Below are positions 1 through 13,500 of a DNA stretch of 64,000 nucleotides, one piece after another. The stretch is from contig OZ024759.1 of NCBI GenBank assembly GCA_964016885.1, positions 32,612,001 to 32,676,000 on the forward strand, written 5' to 3'. Numbering within the stretch: position 1 is the stretch's first letter; each line of letters begins with the position of its first letter. This DNA comes from Eledone cirrhosa (lineage: Eukaryota). Position numbers and translations under genes: made by a program. The notes beneath the pieces are model-generated. The model saw nothing but the letters and a program-made list of their open reading frames with translations. It was not told the origin of the DNA and ran no database searches.

Positions 1-41
<41 letters not shown>

Positions 42-61
42 CACACATATATATACACACC

Positions 62-92
<31 letters not shown>

Positions 93-253
93 TAAGAAAT
101 CCATACAATTGTGTGTCTGCATTATAGTCATCTCGAAGTTTATACAGGACTATATATACACAAATATATTCAGATGAGTGAGTGTACGTAATTGTCAAAA
201 ATTAGTTTCACTTTTCAGACCGGCCGTTTTGATGTATGCCCTATATATATATA

Positions 254-313
<60 letters not shown>

Positions 314-558
314 TGCCTAGTACTCCTCGCGACATTGCTGTCTTTTGTCCTGCTGTTGGCTTGGTTGTTCATCCCTTCCTTTACATTTTCTTTAATATTG
401 CAACATTAAAAGAATATATCTTTCTGAATGAATCGCGAGCAATTTATAATGTTATCTAAGCATTTGTAACATATATATATATATATATACATATATACAC
501 ATTTGAAGAATACATAAGTACAGACAATAAATTAAACACTTTCACAGATGTTTCATTA

Positions 559-758
559 TAGGGTGTCCTCCCAAAATATATACACACTTCAACAGCAAAA
601 AGTAGAAACAATTATTTAAATTATGTAAACATTTTTGGGTGTTTATATACAATTGAATTATGTCTGTAGATCATTTTATTTTTGGAAAAGGTGGTCTATT
701 CTAATAAATATTACCTGTACAGGTAATCAAAGAGTGTATACATTTTGGGAGACCCTGT
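559..758. mobile_element. Tc1/mariner-type MITE (degenerate)
   Basis: Imperfect TIRs AGGGTGTCCTCCCAAAATATATACAC ... GTGTATACATTTTGGGAGACCCT, non-coding interior; related pieces near 40165, 41660 and 55700-55795. Confidence 0.5.
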
Positions 759-917
759 GTATACATATATATAATATAAACACATACACATGTGTGTGTG
801 TGTTTATGTCTTAACATGTCGTTTATATTTAATCTGCCGAAAACAGGGAATTAACTAAACAAAGGAAGCCCCCGATGGGGTTTGTTAAATGGGTATTAAT
901 TATATCTTAGAAATTAC

Positions 918-971
<54 letters not shown>

Positions 972-1084
972 GTGTGAACTGTTATTTTGATATTGAATGG
1001 ATGAAACTGTAAGATGTAAAGTTTGTTTATGTATTGCCTTCTCCATTTATTCTGCTTATATATATTTTTATATATATATATAAT

Positions 1085-1308
1085 CATCATCATTTTACGT
1101 CTGCTTTTCCCTGCTTGCAAGGGTGGGACGGGTCCTATTAAGCACAGCGTCTCTCCATTCGTCACGGGCCTTTATCATCTCCTCCGTGAGTTTCAGCGAT
1201 CTGAGGTCTGTTCTCGCCATCTCCGCCCATGATCTTCGTGGTCTACCTCGACTGTGTCTTCCTTCTACTGGGATTTCTTAGCACTTCTTTACCCAGCCGT
1301 CATCCTCC
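1085..1308 (-). mobile_element. RTE-clade LINE 3' end fragment
   Basis: (CAT)n tail on the plus strand and similarity to the longer fragments at 13166-13500 and 31060-31430. Confidence 0.55.
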
Positions 1309-1555
1309 ATATATATATATATATAATGTGTGTTTACACACTCATATATATACACGTGTATGTTTATATTTATATATGTGTCTGTGTGTGTGTGTGTGAA
1401 CACAGTCAGAACCAAATAGTGGAAAGTCCCAGAGTAATATACAGTTGCCATGTAGGCACTAGAGGATGCAAATCTTTGGTTTGAAGAGCCAGGTTCGTGC
1501 CTCACATTTTTGAACGTTTCATCAAGCGATGGCAATACTCAAACACGAGTTTGCA

Positions 1556-1596
<41 letters not shown>

Positions 1597-1711
1597 ATCT
1601 GAGTTTTTCGAATATTAATAATAGTATTCAATTCGTGTGCAATTATGCAAACAGCCTCTTTAAGTCATGTCATTCTTGCTCTTGTGTTGACATATAATAT
1701 ATATATATTGT

Positions 1712-2090
1712 CTGTCAGGGTTGTAACTTGAAGGGGGATTTGACATCTAGTTACACCGTGTTGTCTCAGGGTTATGACTGAAGGGAGATTTGGCATCTAG
1801 TTACACCGTGTTGTCTCAGGGTTATGACTGAAGGGGGATTTGACATCTAGTTACACCGTGTTGTCTCAGGGTTATGACTGAAGGGGGATTTGACATCTAT
1901 TTACACCGTGTTGTCTGTGAGGGTTGTGACTTGAAGGGGGATTTGACATCTAGTTACACTGTGTTGTCTATCAGGGTTGGGACTTGAAGGAGGATTTGAC
2001 ATCTAGTTACACGGTGTTGTCTATCAGGGTTGTAACTTGAAGGGGATTTGACATCTAGTTACACCGCGTTGTCTGTCAGGGTTGTCATTG
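1712..2090. repeat. ~50-53 bp minisatellite, ~7 copies
   Basis: TTACACCGTG recurs at 1751, 1801, 1851 and 1901; unit GGGTTATGACTGAAGGGGGATTTGACATCTAGTTACACCGTGTTGTCTCA. Confidence 0.9.
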
Positions 2091-3399
2091 GAAGATTTTG
2101 TTGTTGTTTTTAGCAAAACATGCCATCGCATAGAAACCATCTCATCGATACGGTGTTTGTGTGTATGTGAATGTTTTTGTGTCTGTTCATATATATATGT
2201 ATGTATAGTGATATGTTTGTGTTTATATATATATGTATAGTGATATGTTTGTGTTTATATATGTATGTATAATGGTATGTTTGTGTTTATATACGTATGT
2301 ATAGTGGTATTTGTCTGTTTATATATATGTATACACAGAAGTATGTTTGTGTTTGTTAATTGCTGACCTTATACCTAAATTAAAATTTGTCAATATTATA
2401 TATTATGGGGAAGGGCAGGCAGTTTTTATCTGCCTGGTAGCTCTATGGTGAAAGAAGTTGTGGTGAACATGATGGAAAGGGTTGAGAAGTGAGACTCGTA
2501 GGACAGATCTAGCTATGATCTGTGTCCATTGAAAAGATAGAGTTTCACCCATCTTCCTTTAGTTGGAGAAGGGCAGGGAGTTTTTATCTGCCTGGTAGCT
2601 ATGGTGAAAGAAATTGGGTGGTGGACATAATTGAAAGGGTTGAAGACAGGCACTTTCCTCTTCCACAAGACCCCGATTAACTTTTTCAGGGTGGAGAGGG
2701 ATGTGCTGCCTTCCAGCCAGTTTGTTGAAAGGTAAATGGCGCACATGCACAGGCCTGCTCTGAGTATGTACCTGCAGATTGGAGAACACCTGAGAGGGGG
2801 TTCTTGTCCTAGTGGTCAGGCTGACCATAGCTTTTTGTGTTTTTTTTTCCAGGAGTGACCCTTGGAAGTCTCCCCTTCCCCCTCACTATTGGAGAATTTT
2901 CTTTTGTTTTAATTTTGTATCTTTTTGTTATAACTCTATATGGTGGAGAAAGCTTGTGGCTTAGTGGTTCAGGTGTTGAATTTGTGATCATGTTGAACAA
3001 CAACAATAACAACACCATATAAAACAATAACAACAGCATATAAAACAACAACAGCATATAAAGCAATAATAACAACAATAACAACACCACCACCATATAT
3101 AACAACCACAACAGCATATACAGCAATAATAACAACAATAACAACACCACCACCATATATAACAACAACAACAGCATATAAAGCAATAACAGCACCACCA
3201 CCATATATAACAACAACAACAACAGCATATAAAGCAATAACATCAATAACAACACCGCCACCATATATAACAACAACAACAACAGCATATAAAGCAATAA
3301 TAATATTAAGAGGTGTAGGAAGTCCCTCTATTTCACTACTTGACTGTTGTACCACCCACGTGACAGGAAATGTGTCTAATCGACATTCACCTCCTCCTC

Positions 3400-4110
3400 C
3401 ACTACCTACTACCCCTCCTTTCCTCCATCAACATCACCACACCCTCCTCTACCACCACCACCTATAGCATTACCACCACCACCACTACCACCACCACCTC
3501 TACCGCCACCTCCACCTCTGCCACCACCACCTCCACCTCTGCCATCACTACCTCCACCTCTGCCATCACTACCTCCACCTCTGCCACTACCACCACCTCT
3601 ACCACCACCACCACCACCTCTACCTCTACCTCCACATCTGCCACCACCACCTATACCTCCACCTCTCCCACCACCACCACCACTACCACCACCACTACCA
3701 CCACCTCTACCACCACTACCACCACCACTACCACCACCTCTGTCACCACCTCTGTCACCACCACCACCACTACCTCCACCTCTGCCACCACCACTACCAC
3801 CATCTCTACCACCACCTCTGCCATCACCACCACCTCCACCTCTGCCACCACCTCCACCTCTGCCACCACCTCCACCTCTGCCACCACCACCACCTCTACC
3901 TCCACCTCTTCCTCCACCTCTTCCACCACCACCACCTCTACCTCCACCTCTGCCATCACCACCACCTCTACCTCCACCTCTGCCACCACCACCACCTCTA
4001 CCTCCACCTCTGCCACCACCACCACCTCTACCTCCACCTCTGCCACCACCACTACCACCACATCTACCACCACCATCACCACCTCCTCTGCCACCACCAC
4101 CACCACCACC
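3400..4110. repeat. (ACC)n-derived low-complexity repeat
   Basis: Degenerate ACC/ACCTCT triplet repeat; source of the Thr-rich spurious ORF. Confidence 0.9.
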
Positions 4111-4339
4111 AGTTGGTACTGTCTGTAGTAACCTGATCTATTCTACCTGAAGTCTCTCTAGTCTTAATGGTGTATATACTAACTAGTAGTGGTGGTGGTG
4201 GTAGTGGTGGTAGTGGTGGTAGTGGTGGTGGAGGTGTGGTGTAGTGGTGGTGGTGGTGGTGGTTGTGTGGTGGCGTAGTGTGATGGTGGTGGTGGTGTAT
4301 TGTGATGATATTGTGGTATAATGTGGTGCTAGTGGTGAT

Positions 4340-5612
4340 GCTAGTACGGTGGTGCTAGTGTGGTGGTGATAGTACGGTGGTGATAGTGCGGTGGTGATAA
4401 TGCGGTGGTGATAGTGCGGTGGTGATAGTGCGGTGGTGATAGTGTGGTGGTGCTAGTGTGGTGGTGATAGTGTGGTGGTGATAGTGCGGTGGTGATAGTG
4501 TGGTGGTGATAGTGCGGTGGTGATAGTGTGGTGGTGATAGTGCGGTGGTGATAATGCGGTGGTGATAGTGTGGTGGTGATAGTGCAGTGGTGATAGTGTG
4601 GTGGTGCTAGTGTGGTGGTGCTAGTGTGGTGGTGATAGTGCGGTGGTGATAGTGCGGTGGTGATAGTGCGGTGGTGATAGTGTGGTGGTGATAATGCGGT
4701 GGTGATAGTGCGGTGGTGATAGTGCGGTGGTGATAGTGTGGTGGTGCTAGTGTGGTGGTGCTAGTGTGGTGGTGATAGTGCGGTGGTGATAGTGTGGTGG
4801 TGATAGTGCGGTGGTGATAGTGCGGTGGTGATAGTGCAGTGGTGATAGTGTGGTGGTGATAGTGTGGTGGTGATAGTGCGGTGGTGATAGTGCGGTGGTG
4901 ATAGTGCGGTGGTGATAATGCGGTGGTGATAGTGCGGTGGTGATAGTGCGGTGGTGATAGTGCGGTGGTGATAGTGCAGTGGTGATAGTGCAGTGGTGAT
5001 AGTGTGGTGGTGCTAGTGTGGTGGTGCTAGTGTGGTGGTGATAGTGCGGTGGTGATAGTGCGGTGGTGATAATGCGGTGGTGATAGTGCGGTGGTGATAG
5101 TGCGGTGGTGATAGTGCAGTGGTGATAGTGCAGTGGTGATAGTGTGGTGGTGCTAGTGTGGTGGTGATAGTGCGGTGGTGATAGTGCGGTGGTGATAATG
5201 CGGTGGTGATAGTGTGGTGGTGATAGTGCGGTGGTGATAGTGCGGTGGTGATAATGCGGTGGTGCTAGTGTGGTGGTGATAGTGCGGTGGTGATAGTGCG
5301 GTGGTGATAATGCGGTGGTGATAGTGTGGTGGTGATAGTGTGGTGGTGCTAGTGTGGTGGTGATAATGCGGTGGTGATAGTGTGGTGGTGATAGTGCGGT
5401 GGTGATAATGCGGTGGTGATAGTGTGGTGGTGATAGTGCGGTGGTGATAATGCGGTGGTGCTAGTGTGGTGGTGATAATGCGGTGGTGATAGTGTGGTGG
5501 TGATAGTGCGGTGGTGATAATGCGGTGGTGATAGTGTGGTGGTGATAGTGCGGTGGTGATAATGCGGTGGTGCTAGTGTGGTGGTGATAGTGCGGTGGTG
5601 ATAGTGCGGTGG
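4340..5612. repeat. 14-bp minisatellite (GTGGTGATAGTGCG)n within a (GGT)n-rich tract
   Basis: Continuous 14-bp period with small variants (CT/AT, GC/GT). Confidence 0.95.
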
Positions 5613-6196
5613 TAGTGGTTGTGTGGTGGTGGTGATGATAATGTGGTGGTAGTGGTGGTGGTGATTGTGTATTACTAGTATATTTTAACAATGATGGTGT
5701 GGTGATGGTGGTAGTGGTGGTGATTGTGTATTGTGATGCTGTAGTGGTGATGTGATAGCTTGTATTGGTAGTATTTGTAGCAATGATGGTGTGGTGTGGT
5801 GTGGTGTGGTGTGGTGGTGTTGTAGTGATGGTGGATATAGAAATCATAGCAAAAAGAGTTTGAGAGCACTGTTCAGTCACCATAACAGTCTGCACTACAA
5901 TTATTGTACAAAAAATACACCCAGTTCACCCTGTAAGGTTGTTGATAATAGGAAGGGCATTCAGCTATAGCAACCTTGCTGAACAAAAGGTTGGGAGGAT
6001 TGTTCAGTTGTGTCAAGGGCACAGCAACCTTCCTTGTGTTGGTGACATAATATAACACACCAACTCTTTTAGTTAACTCTTACGACATGCAGCTTTTGCC
6101 ATGTAGCTATACCAAACCAGATACACACGCCATTTATTCATGTGGCTTAGTGGTATGAGGCGTGTGGCCTAGTGGTAAGTATGTTGGATGTATGCC

Positions 6197-6259
<63 letters not shown>

Positions 6260-6342
6260 TATGTGTATGTGTGAGTGAGTCTCGGGTTCAATGAGGGTAG
6301 CCATGGTCAGTAAGGTACTCAATACATTAGTAGATTGTACAT

Positions 6343-6433
6343 AACAAAATTTAATATAGAAATGGCTTTTCCAGATGATTTCCTTCCAATGAAATAGTTC
6401 TAGTCCTGTAGAAGCCGTATATTAAATTTTGTT
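6343..6433 (+). ncRNA. Degenerate type I hammerhead ribozyme relic
   Basis: GGCTTTTC-CAGATGA (CTGATGA with one change) ... GAAA-TAG..CTG-TA-GAAGCC, enclosed by a 15-bp stem ACAAAATTTAATATA/TATATTAAATTTTGT; the 3' end abuts (TA)n. Confidence 0.4.
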
Positions 6434-6505
6434 GTATATATATATATACAACAAAATTATGTGTCTGTATGTGTACATGTGTGTATGTGTCTTGAATGTA
6501 TGTGT

Positions 6506-7715
6506 CATCATCATCATCATCATCATCATTTAACGTCTATCTTCCAAGCTAGCATGGGTTAGACGGGAGTTGTCCCACTTGAGACAAGATTGGTTAGAAG
6601 ACCGTGTCTCGCTCGTATAGGACTGTCTGGCAGGTTTTCTACGGCTGGATGCCCTTCCTAACACCAACTACATTTACAGTGTGGACTGGGAGGTTTTTAC
6701 CGTGTTACCTGCATGGCCACATTACAGCGTGGACTGGGAGCTTTTTACCGTGTTACCTACACGGCCACATTACAGTGTGGACTGGGAGCTTTTTACTGTG
6801 TTACCTACACGGCCACATTACAGCGTGGACTGGGAGCTTTTTACCGTGTTACCTACACGGCCACATTACAGCGTGGACTGGGAGCTTTTTACTGTGTTAC
6901 CTACACGGCCACATTACAGCGTGGACTGGGAGCTTTTTACTGTGTTACCTACACGGCCACATTACAGCGTGGACTGGGAGCTTTTTACTGTGTTACCTAC
7001 ACGGCCACATTACAGCGTGGACTGGGAGCTTTTTACCGTGTTACCTACACGGCCACATTACAGTGTGGACTGGGAGCTTTTTACTGTGTTACCTACACGG
7101 CCACATTACAGCGTGGACTGGGAGCTTTTTACCGTGTTACCTACACGGCCACATTACAGCGTGGACTGGGAGCTTTTTACTGTGTTACCTACACGGCCAC
7201 ATTACAGCGTGGACTGGGAGCTTTTTACTGTGTTACCTACACGGCCACATTACAGCGTGGACTGGGAGCTTTTTACCGTGTTACCTACACGGCCACATTA
7301 CAGCGTGGACTGGGAGCTTTTTACCGTGTTACCTACACGGCCACATTACAGCGTGGACTGGGAGCTTTTTACCGTGTTACCTACACGGCCACATTACAGC
7401 GTGGACTGGGAGCTTTTTACTGTGTTACCTACACGGCCACATTACAGCGTGGACTGGGAGCTTTTTACTGTGTTACCTACACGGCCACATTACAGTGTGG
7501 ACTGGGAGCTTTTTACCGTGTTACCTACACGGCCACATTACAGCGTGGACTGGGAGCTTTTTACTGTGTTACCTACACGGCCACATTACAGTGTGGACTG
7601 GGAGCTTTTTACTGTGTTACCTACACGGCCACATTACAGTGTGGACTGGGAGCTTTTTACTGTGTTACCTACACGGCCACATTACAGCGTGGACTGTGTT
7701 TTTTTGTTGTGACAT
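6506..7715 (-). mobile_element. SINE/RTE-tail repeat containing an expanded 48-bp minisatellite (~21 copies, ~6673-7696)
   Basis: (CAT)n tail plus GGATGCCCTTCCTAACACCAAC motif shared with unexpanded copies at ~37070-37310, 21765-22000 and 31450-31670; unit ATTACAGCGTGGACTGGGAGCTTTTTACCGTGTTACCTACACGGCCAC. Confidence 0.9.
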
Positions 7716-7970
7716 TAGTTTGGACTGGATGTTGTGGTACCAATATAACTTTATAGAGAAAGGGTGGTGTTGGTGGGAGTGGGAGGATGGAGTGGGGTAA
7801 TGAGTTAGGGTGTATGTTTGGTTTGGAGGGGCCTACTGACTGTAGGGAAGGTGGATATATATATATCATAAGTTGTCAGGAAGGGCATCCAACCAGTATA
7901 ATGCGAGAACCCCCCTCCCCTCCGACTGTCATCAAGCAATCGCAAAGCTTAGATTGGGGTGTGTGTATAT

Positions 7971-8047
<77 letters not shown>

Positions 8048-8108
8048 CCCAAGGCTTTGATACCATCAATACTATAAACACAGAGCTGGCATATCTAAGA
8101 ACTGACTA

Positions 8109-8164
8109 ACTGCCTGATGAGGTCATAGCCATTCAATGGCTATCTTCAAAATATATATAGCAGT
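8109..8164 (+). ncRNA. Type I hammerhead ribozyme, GAAA box mutated to AAAA
   Basis: Stem I ACTGC/GCAGT, CTGATGA at 8114-8120, stem II ATAGCCA/TGGCTAT, then cAAAA-TATATA-TA (palindromic minimal stem III); lies in a ~160-bp island between microsatellite tracts. Confidence 0.65.
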
Positions 8165-8209
8165 AAATAAAGGATTATGAGTTCACGCAATTGACTTATG
8201 TTTCGTCAC

Positions 8210-8277
<68 letters not shown>

Positions 8278-8348
8278 ATGGGAGATGAGAAATGGTGTCT
8301 CTACGTCAATATGAAGCATGAAGCAAAGGAAGGAGTGGGTGTCTTGAA

Positions 8349-8408
<60 letters not shown>

Positions 8409-8414
8409 CATTCA

Positions 8415-8860
8415 AGACACCCACTCCTTTCTTTGCTTCATATTGACGTAGAGACACCAATTCTCATCTCCCGTGACAATACTATATAAGAATCATTGCT
8501 TGTGGCCGGGTGTTGCTCAGTGTCAGCCGAGATGTTGAACACCAATTTGAATACGATTGTTTTTTTGTTTTTAGTAAGCTCGTGTGGCATCCAAGCTCTA
8601 AGTTTTTGATTAAAACCAATTGATTGAAGGTAGCGGGAGATTGTCATTGCATTGCTGTTCATCTTCTCGGCCAATTCTCTGCATGTTTGGCGACCGTCTT
8701 CTTTCAAAAGCCTCTTCAAATGGTCTTCGTCTAACTCGGTAGGTCGTCCAGAGCGAGGCGCATCATCCAGGTCGAAGTTGCCATTTTTTAACTTGGCAAA
8801 CCAATCTCAAGCAGTCTTCGCAGCTATAGCATCCTCTCCGTAAATGGCACAAACAACCCA
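8415..8860 (-). mobile_element. Mariner (Mos1/SETMAR-like) transposase pseudogene fragment
   Basis: Minus-strand translation gives WFAKLKNGNFDLDDAPRSGRP, TCRELAEKM, WMPHEL (WVPHEL motif) and, in the inverted copy at 8275-8345, [10 protein letters not shown]; stops and frameshifts are present. Confidence 0.85.
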
Positions 8861-8984
8861 AAATTTGAAAAAAAATAATAAACAACCTTTGGCTTCCAAG
8901 GATACAATGGTAGATTTTTTAGACTTATTTTAGGAAAAAAGTAGCGTCTTTGACACCAGGAAATATGGTAATTCAGCCTCATGC

Positions 8985-11900
8985 CTTCCATCACTCGTGA
9001 ACACAACGCCAAGATACTTGAACTTCTCCACCTGTTTCAGTGGAACTCCATTCACATGTAGAGTGCACTACACAGGCTTTCTTGAGAGGACAAGTGTCTT
9101 AGTTTTCACATCACTGATTTTCTTTCCAGTTGTACAGCACTTGACAGCACCCCTAGCAAGTTCAAATCAGAGATCTCCTGACGAGATAAGTATTGCCATC
9201 TCAGTAAATTCCTGCCAACAACTCCTACATACTCCAGGTTTGATACCACTCCTAACTTGACTACCTACATACTCCAGGTTTGATACCACTCCTAACTTGA
9301 CTACCTACATACTCCAGTGTTGATACCACTCCTAACTTGACTACCTACATACTCCAGGTTTGATACCACTCCTAACTTGACTACCTACATACTCCAGTGT
9401 TGATACCACTCCTAACTTGACTACCTACATACTCCAGTGTTGATACCACTCCTAACTTGACTACCTACATACTCCAGGTTTGATACCACTCCTAACTTGA
9501 CTACCTACATACTCCAGTGTTGATACCACTCCTAACTTGACTACCTACATACTCCAGTGTTGATACCACTCCTAACTTGACTACCTACATACTCCAGTGT
9601 TGATACCACTCCTAACTTGACTACCTACATACTCCAGGTTTGATACCACTCCTAACTTGACTACCTACATACTCCAGTGTTGATACCACTCCTAACTTGA
9701 CTACCTACATACTCCAGTGTTGATACCACTCCTAACTTGACTACCTACATACTCCAGTGTTGATACCACTCCTAACTTGACTACCTACATACTCCAGGTT
9801 TGATACCACTCCTAACTTGACTACCTACATACTCCAGTGTTGATACCACTCCTAACTTGACTACCTACATACTCCAGTGTTGATACCACTCCTAACTTGA
9901 CTACCTACATACTCCAGGTTTGATACCACTCCTAACTTGACTACCTACATACTCCAGTGTTGATACCACTCCTAACTTGACTACCTACATACTCCAGGTT
10001 TGATACCACTCCTAACTTGACTACCTACATACTCCAGTGTTGATACCACTCCTAACTTGACTACCTACATACTCCAGTGTTGATACCACTCCTAACTTGA
10101 CTACCTACATACTCCAGGTTTGATACCACTCCTAACTTGACTACCTACATACTCCAGTGTTGATACCACTCCTAACTTGACTACCTACATACTCCAGTGT
10201 TGATACCACTCCTAACTTGACTACCTACATACTCCAGGTTTGATACCACTCCTAACTTGACTACCTACATACTCCAGTGTTGATACCACTCCTAACTTGA
10301 CTACCTACATACTCCAGTGTTGATACCACTCCTAACTTGACTACCTACATACTCCAGGTTTGATACCACTCCTAACTTGACTACCTACATACTCCAGTGT
10401 TGATACCACTCCTAACTTGACTACCTACATACTCCAGTGTTGATACCACTCCTAACTTGACTACCTACATACTCCAGTGTTGATACCACTCCTAACTTGA
10501 CTACCTACATACTCCAGGTTTGATACCACTCCTAACTTGACTACCTACATACTCCAGTGTTGATACCACTCCTAACTTGACTACCTACATACTCCAGTGT
10601 TGATACCACTCCTAACTTGACTACCTACATACTCCAGTGTTGATACCACTCCTAACTTGACTACCTACATACTCCAGGTTTGATACCACTCCTAACTTGA
10701 CTACCTACATACTCCAGTGTTGATACCACTCCTAACTTGACTACCTACATACTCCAGTGTTGATACCACTCCTAACTTGACTACCTACATACTCCAGTGT
10801 TGATACCACTCCTAACTTGACTACCTACATACTCCAGTGTTGATACCACTCCTAACTTGACTACCTACATACTCCAGTGTTGATACCACTCCTAACTTGA
10901 CTACCTACATACTCCAGTGTTGATACCACTCCCAACTTGACTACCTACATACTCCAGTGTTGATACCACTCCTAACTTGACTACCTACATACTCCAGTGT
11001 TGATACCACTCCTAACTTGACTACCTACATACTCCAGTGTTGATACCACTCCTAACTTGACTACCTACATACTCCAGTGTTGACACCACTCCAAACCTGT
11101 CTACCCCTACATACTCCAGTGTTGACACCACTCCAAACCTGTCTACTCCTACATACTCCAGTGTTGACACCACTCCAAACCTGTCTACCCCTACATACTC
11201 CAGTGTTGACACCACTCCAAACCTGTCTACCCCTACATACTCCAGTGTTGACACCACTCCCAACCTGTCTACTCCTACATACTCCAGTGTTGACACCACT
11301 CCAAACCTGTCTACCCCTACATACTCCAGTGTTGACACCACTCCAAACCTGTCTACCCCTACATACTCCAGTGTTGACACCACTCCAAACCTGTCTACCC
11401 CTACATACTCCAGTGTTGACACCACTCCAAACCTGTCTACCCCTACATACTCCAGTGTTGACACCACTCCAAACCTGTCTACCCCTACATACTCCAGTGT
11501 TGATACCACTCCTAACTTGACTACCCCTACATACTCCAGTGTTGACACCACTCCAAACCTGTCTACCCCTACATACTCCAGTGTTGACACCACTCCAAAC
11601 CTGTCTACTCCTACATACTCCAGTGTTGACACCACTCCAAACCTGTCTACCCCTACATACTCCAGTGTTGACACCACTCCAAACCTGTCTACCCCTACAT
11701 ACTCCAGTGTTGACACCACTCCAAACCTGTCTACCCCTACATACTCCAGTGTTGACACCACTCCAAACCTGTCTACTCCTACATACTCCAGTGTTGACAC
11801 CACTCCAAACTTGACTACCTACATACTCCAGTGTTGACACCACTCCAAACCTGTCTACTCCTACATACTCCAGTGTTGACACCACTCCAAACCTGTCTAC

Positions 11901-12830
11901 CCCTACATACTCCAGTGTTGACACCACTCCAAACTTGACTACCTACATACTCCAGTGTTGACACCACTCCAAACCTGTCTACCCCTACATACTCCAGTGT
12001 TGACACCACTCCAAACCTGTCTACCCCTACATACTCCAGTGTTGACACCACTCCAAACCTGTCTACTCCTACATACTCCAGTGTTGACACCACTCCAAAC
12101 CTGTCTACCCCTACATACTCCAGTGTTGACACCACTCCAAACCTGTCTACTCCTACATACTCCAGTGTTGACACCACTCCAAACCTGTCTACTCCTACAT
12201 ACTCCAGTGTTGACACCACTCCAAACCTGTCTACCCCTACATACTCCAGTGTTGACACCACTCCAAACCTGTCTACTCCTACATACTCCAGTGTTGACAC
12301 CACTCCAAACCTGTCTACTCCTACATACTCCAGTGTTGACACCACTCCAAACCTGTCTACTCCTACATACTCCAGTGTTGACACCACTCCAAACCTGTCT
12401 ACCCCTACATACTCCAGTGTTGACACCACTCCAAACCTGTCTACTCCTACATACTCCAGTGTTGACACCACTCCAAACCTGTCTACTCCTACATACTCCA
12501 GTGTTGACACCACTCCAAACCTGTCTACCCCTACATACTCCAGTGTTGACACCACTCCAAACCTGTCTACTCCTACATACTCCAGTGTTGACACCACTCC
12601 AAACCTGTCTACTCCTACATACTCCAGTGTTGACACCACTCCAAACCTGTCTACTCCTACATACTCCAGTGTTGACACCACTCCAAACCTGTCTACTCCT
12701 ACATACTCCAGTGTTGACACCACTCCAAACCTGTCTACTCCTACATACTCCAGTGTTGACACCACTCCAAACCTGTCTACTCATGACAATTCTGCCCATC
12801 AAGGTTATGGACATGAGGTATAAATTTATT
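8985..12830 (-). mobile_element. RTE-clade LINE RT fragment split by an internally expanded minisatellite
   Basis: Left flank encodes KTKTLVLSRKPV*CTLHVNGVPLKQVEKFKYLGVVFTSDG; right flank encodes LMSITLMGRIVMSRQVWSGVNTGVCR, resembling the RTE segment just before the catalytic YADD/FADD motif. Confidence 0.65.
9222..12781. repeat. Bipartite minisatellite: 40-bp unit (~9222-11080) then 42-bp unit (~11080-12781)
   Basis: CTACCTACATACTCCAGTGTTGATACCACTCCTAACTTGA (40 bp) switches to CTACCCCTACATACTCCAGTGTTGACACCACTCCAAACCTGT (42 bp). Confidence 0.97.
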
Positions 12831-13165
12831 GATATTCATTACATTGTTTCATTATGTTAAATATTTTTCAGATTTTTTCACCCCACCCTCCACTGTTATA
12901 CAACACCACCCCACTCTTATTTCACCTCTTACCCCCAACCCCTGCTTATTATCTTTAACTAATCTATCTCCAGCGAAATTTTATTTTAAGTGCTATTTTT
13001 ACTTTGAAGTTTTATTTTAAGTTTCATTACCGCGACAATTAATTTTCTTTAGACATTAATTAAAAAACATTAAACATGACAAAAAAAGTACATTGCTAGA
13101 AATCCCATACATTATAAAATAAATGGAATTGGTTGGGGTCTCAATATGTAAACTAAACAACTAAT

Positions 13166-13500
13166 TCATCATCATTTTACATTCGTTTTTCCCTGCTTGC
13201 AAGGGTGGGACGGGTCCTATTCAGCACAGCATCTCTCCACTCGTCACGGTCCTTCGTCATCTCCTCCATGAGCTCCAGCGATCCGAGGTCAGCTCTCACT
13301 GCCTCTGCCTATGTTTTTCGTGGTCTTCTTCTACTGCGTCTTCCTTCCACTGGGATTTCTTGGCACTTCTTTACCCAGCGGTCATCCTCCATGCGCATCA
13401 CATGTCCATACCATCGCAGTCTTCTCTCCCGCACACTACAACTTATCCCTCTTAAACACAGCTTCTCTCTCAACACATCCATGCTTGGTCATTCACGCAC
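13166..13500 (-). mobile_element. RTE-clade LINE 3' fragment
   Basis: Minus-strand translation LRWYGHVMRMEDDRWVKKC...GRRSRRRPRKT, followed by a 3' UTR with a (GAT)n tail. Confidence 0.75.

Noticed and set aside
2513-2880. Minus-strand ORFs possibly from a non-LTR element C-terminus
   Set aside because: No motif recognised with confidence; needs a Repbase/Dfam search.
3370-4128. Thr/Ser-rich mucin-like ORF
   Set aside because: Translation of a degenerate (ACC)n repeat; no convincing splice sites or domains.
6604-7800. 398/343/347-aa ORFs in three frames
   Set aside because: Products of a stop-free 48-bp tandem repeat inside a SINE-like element; no protein features.
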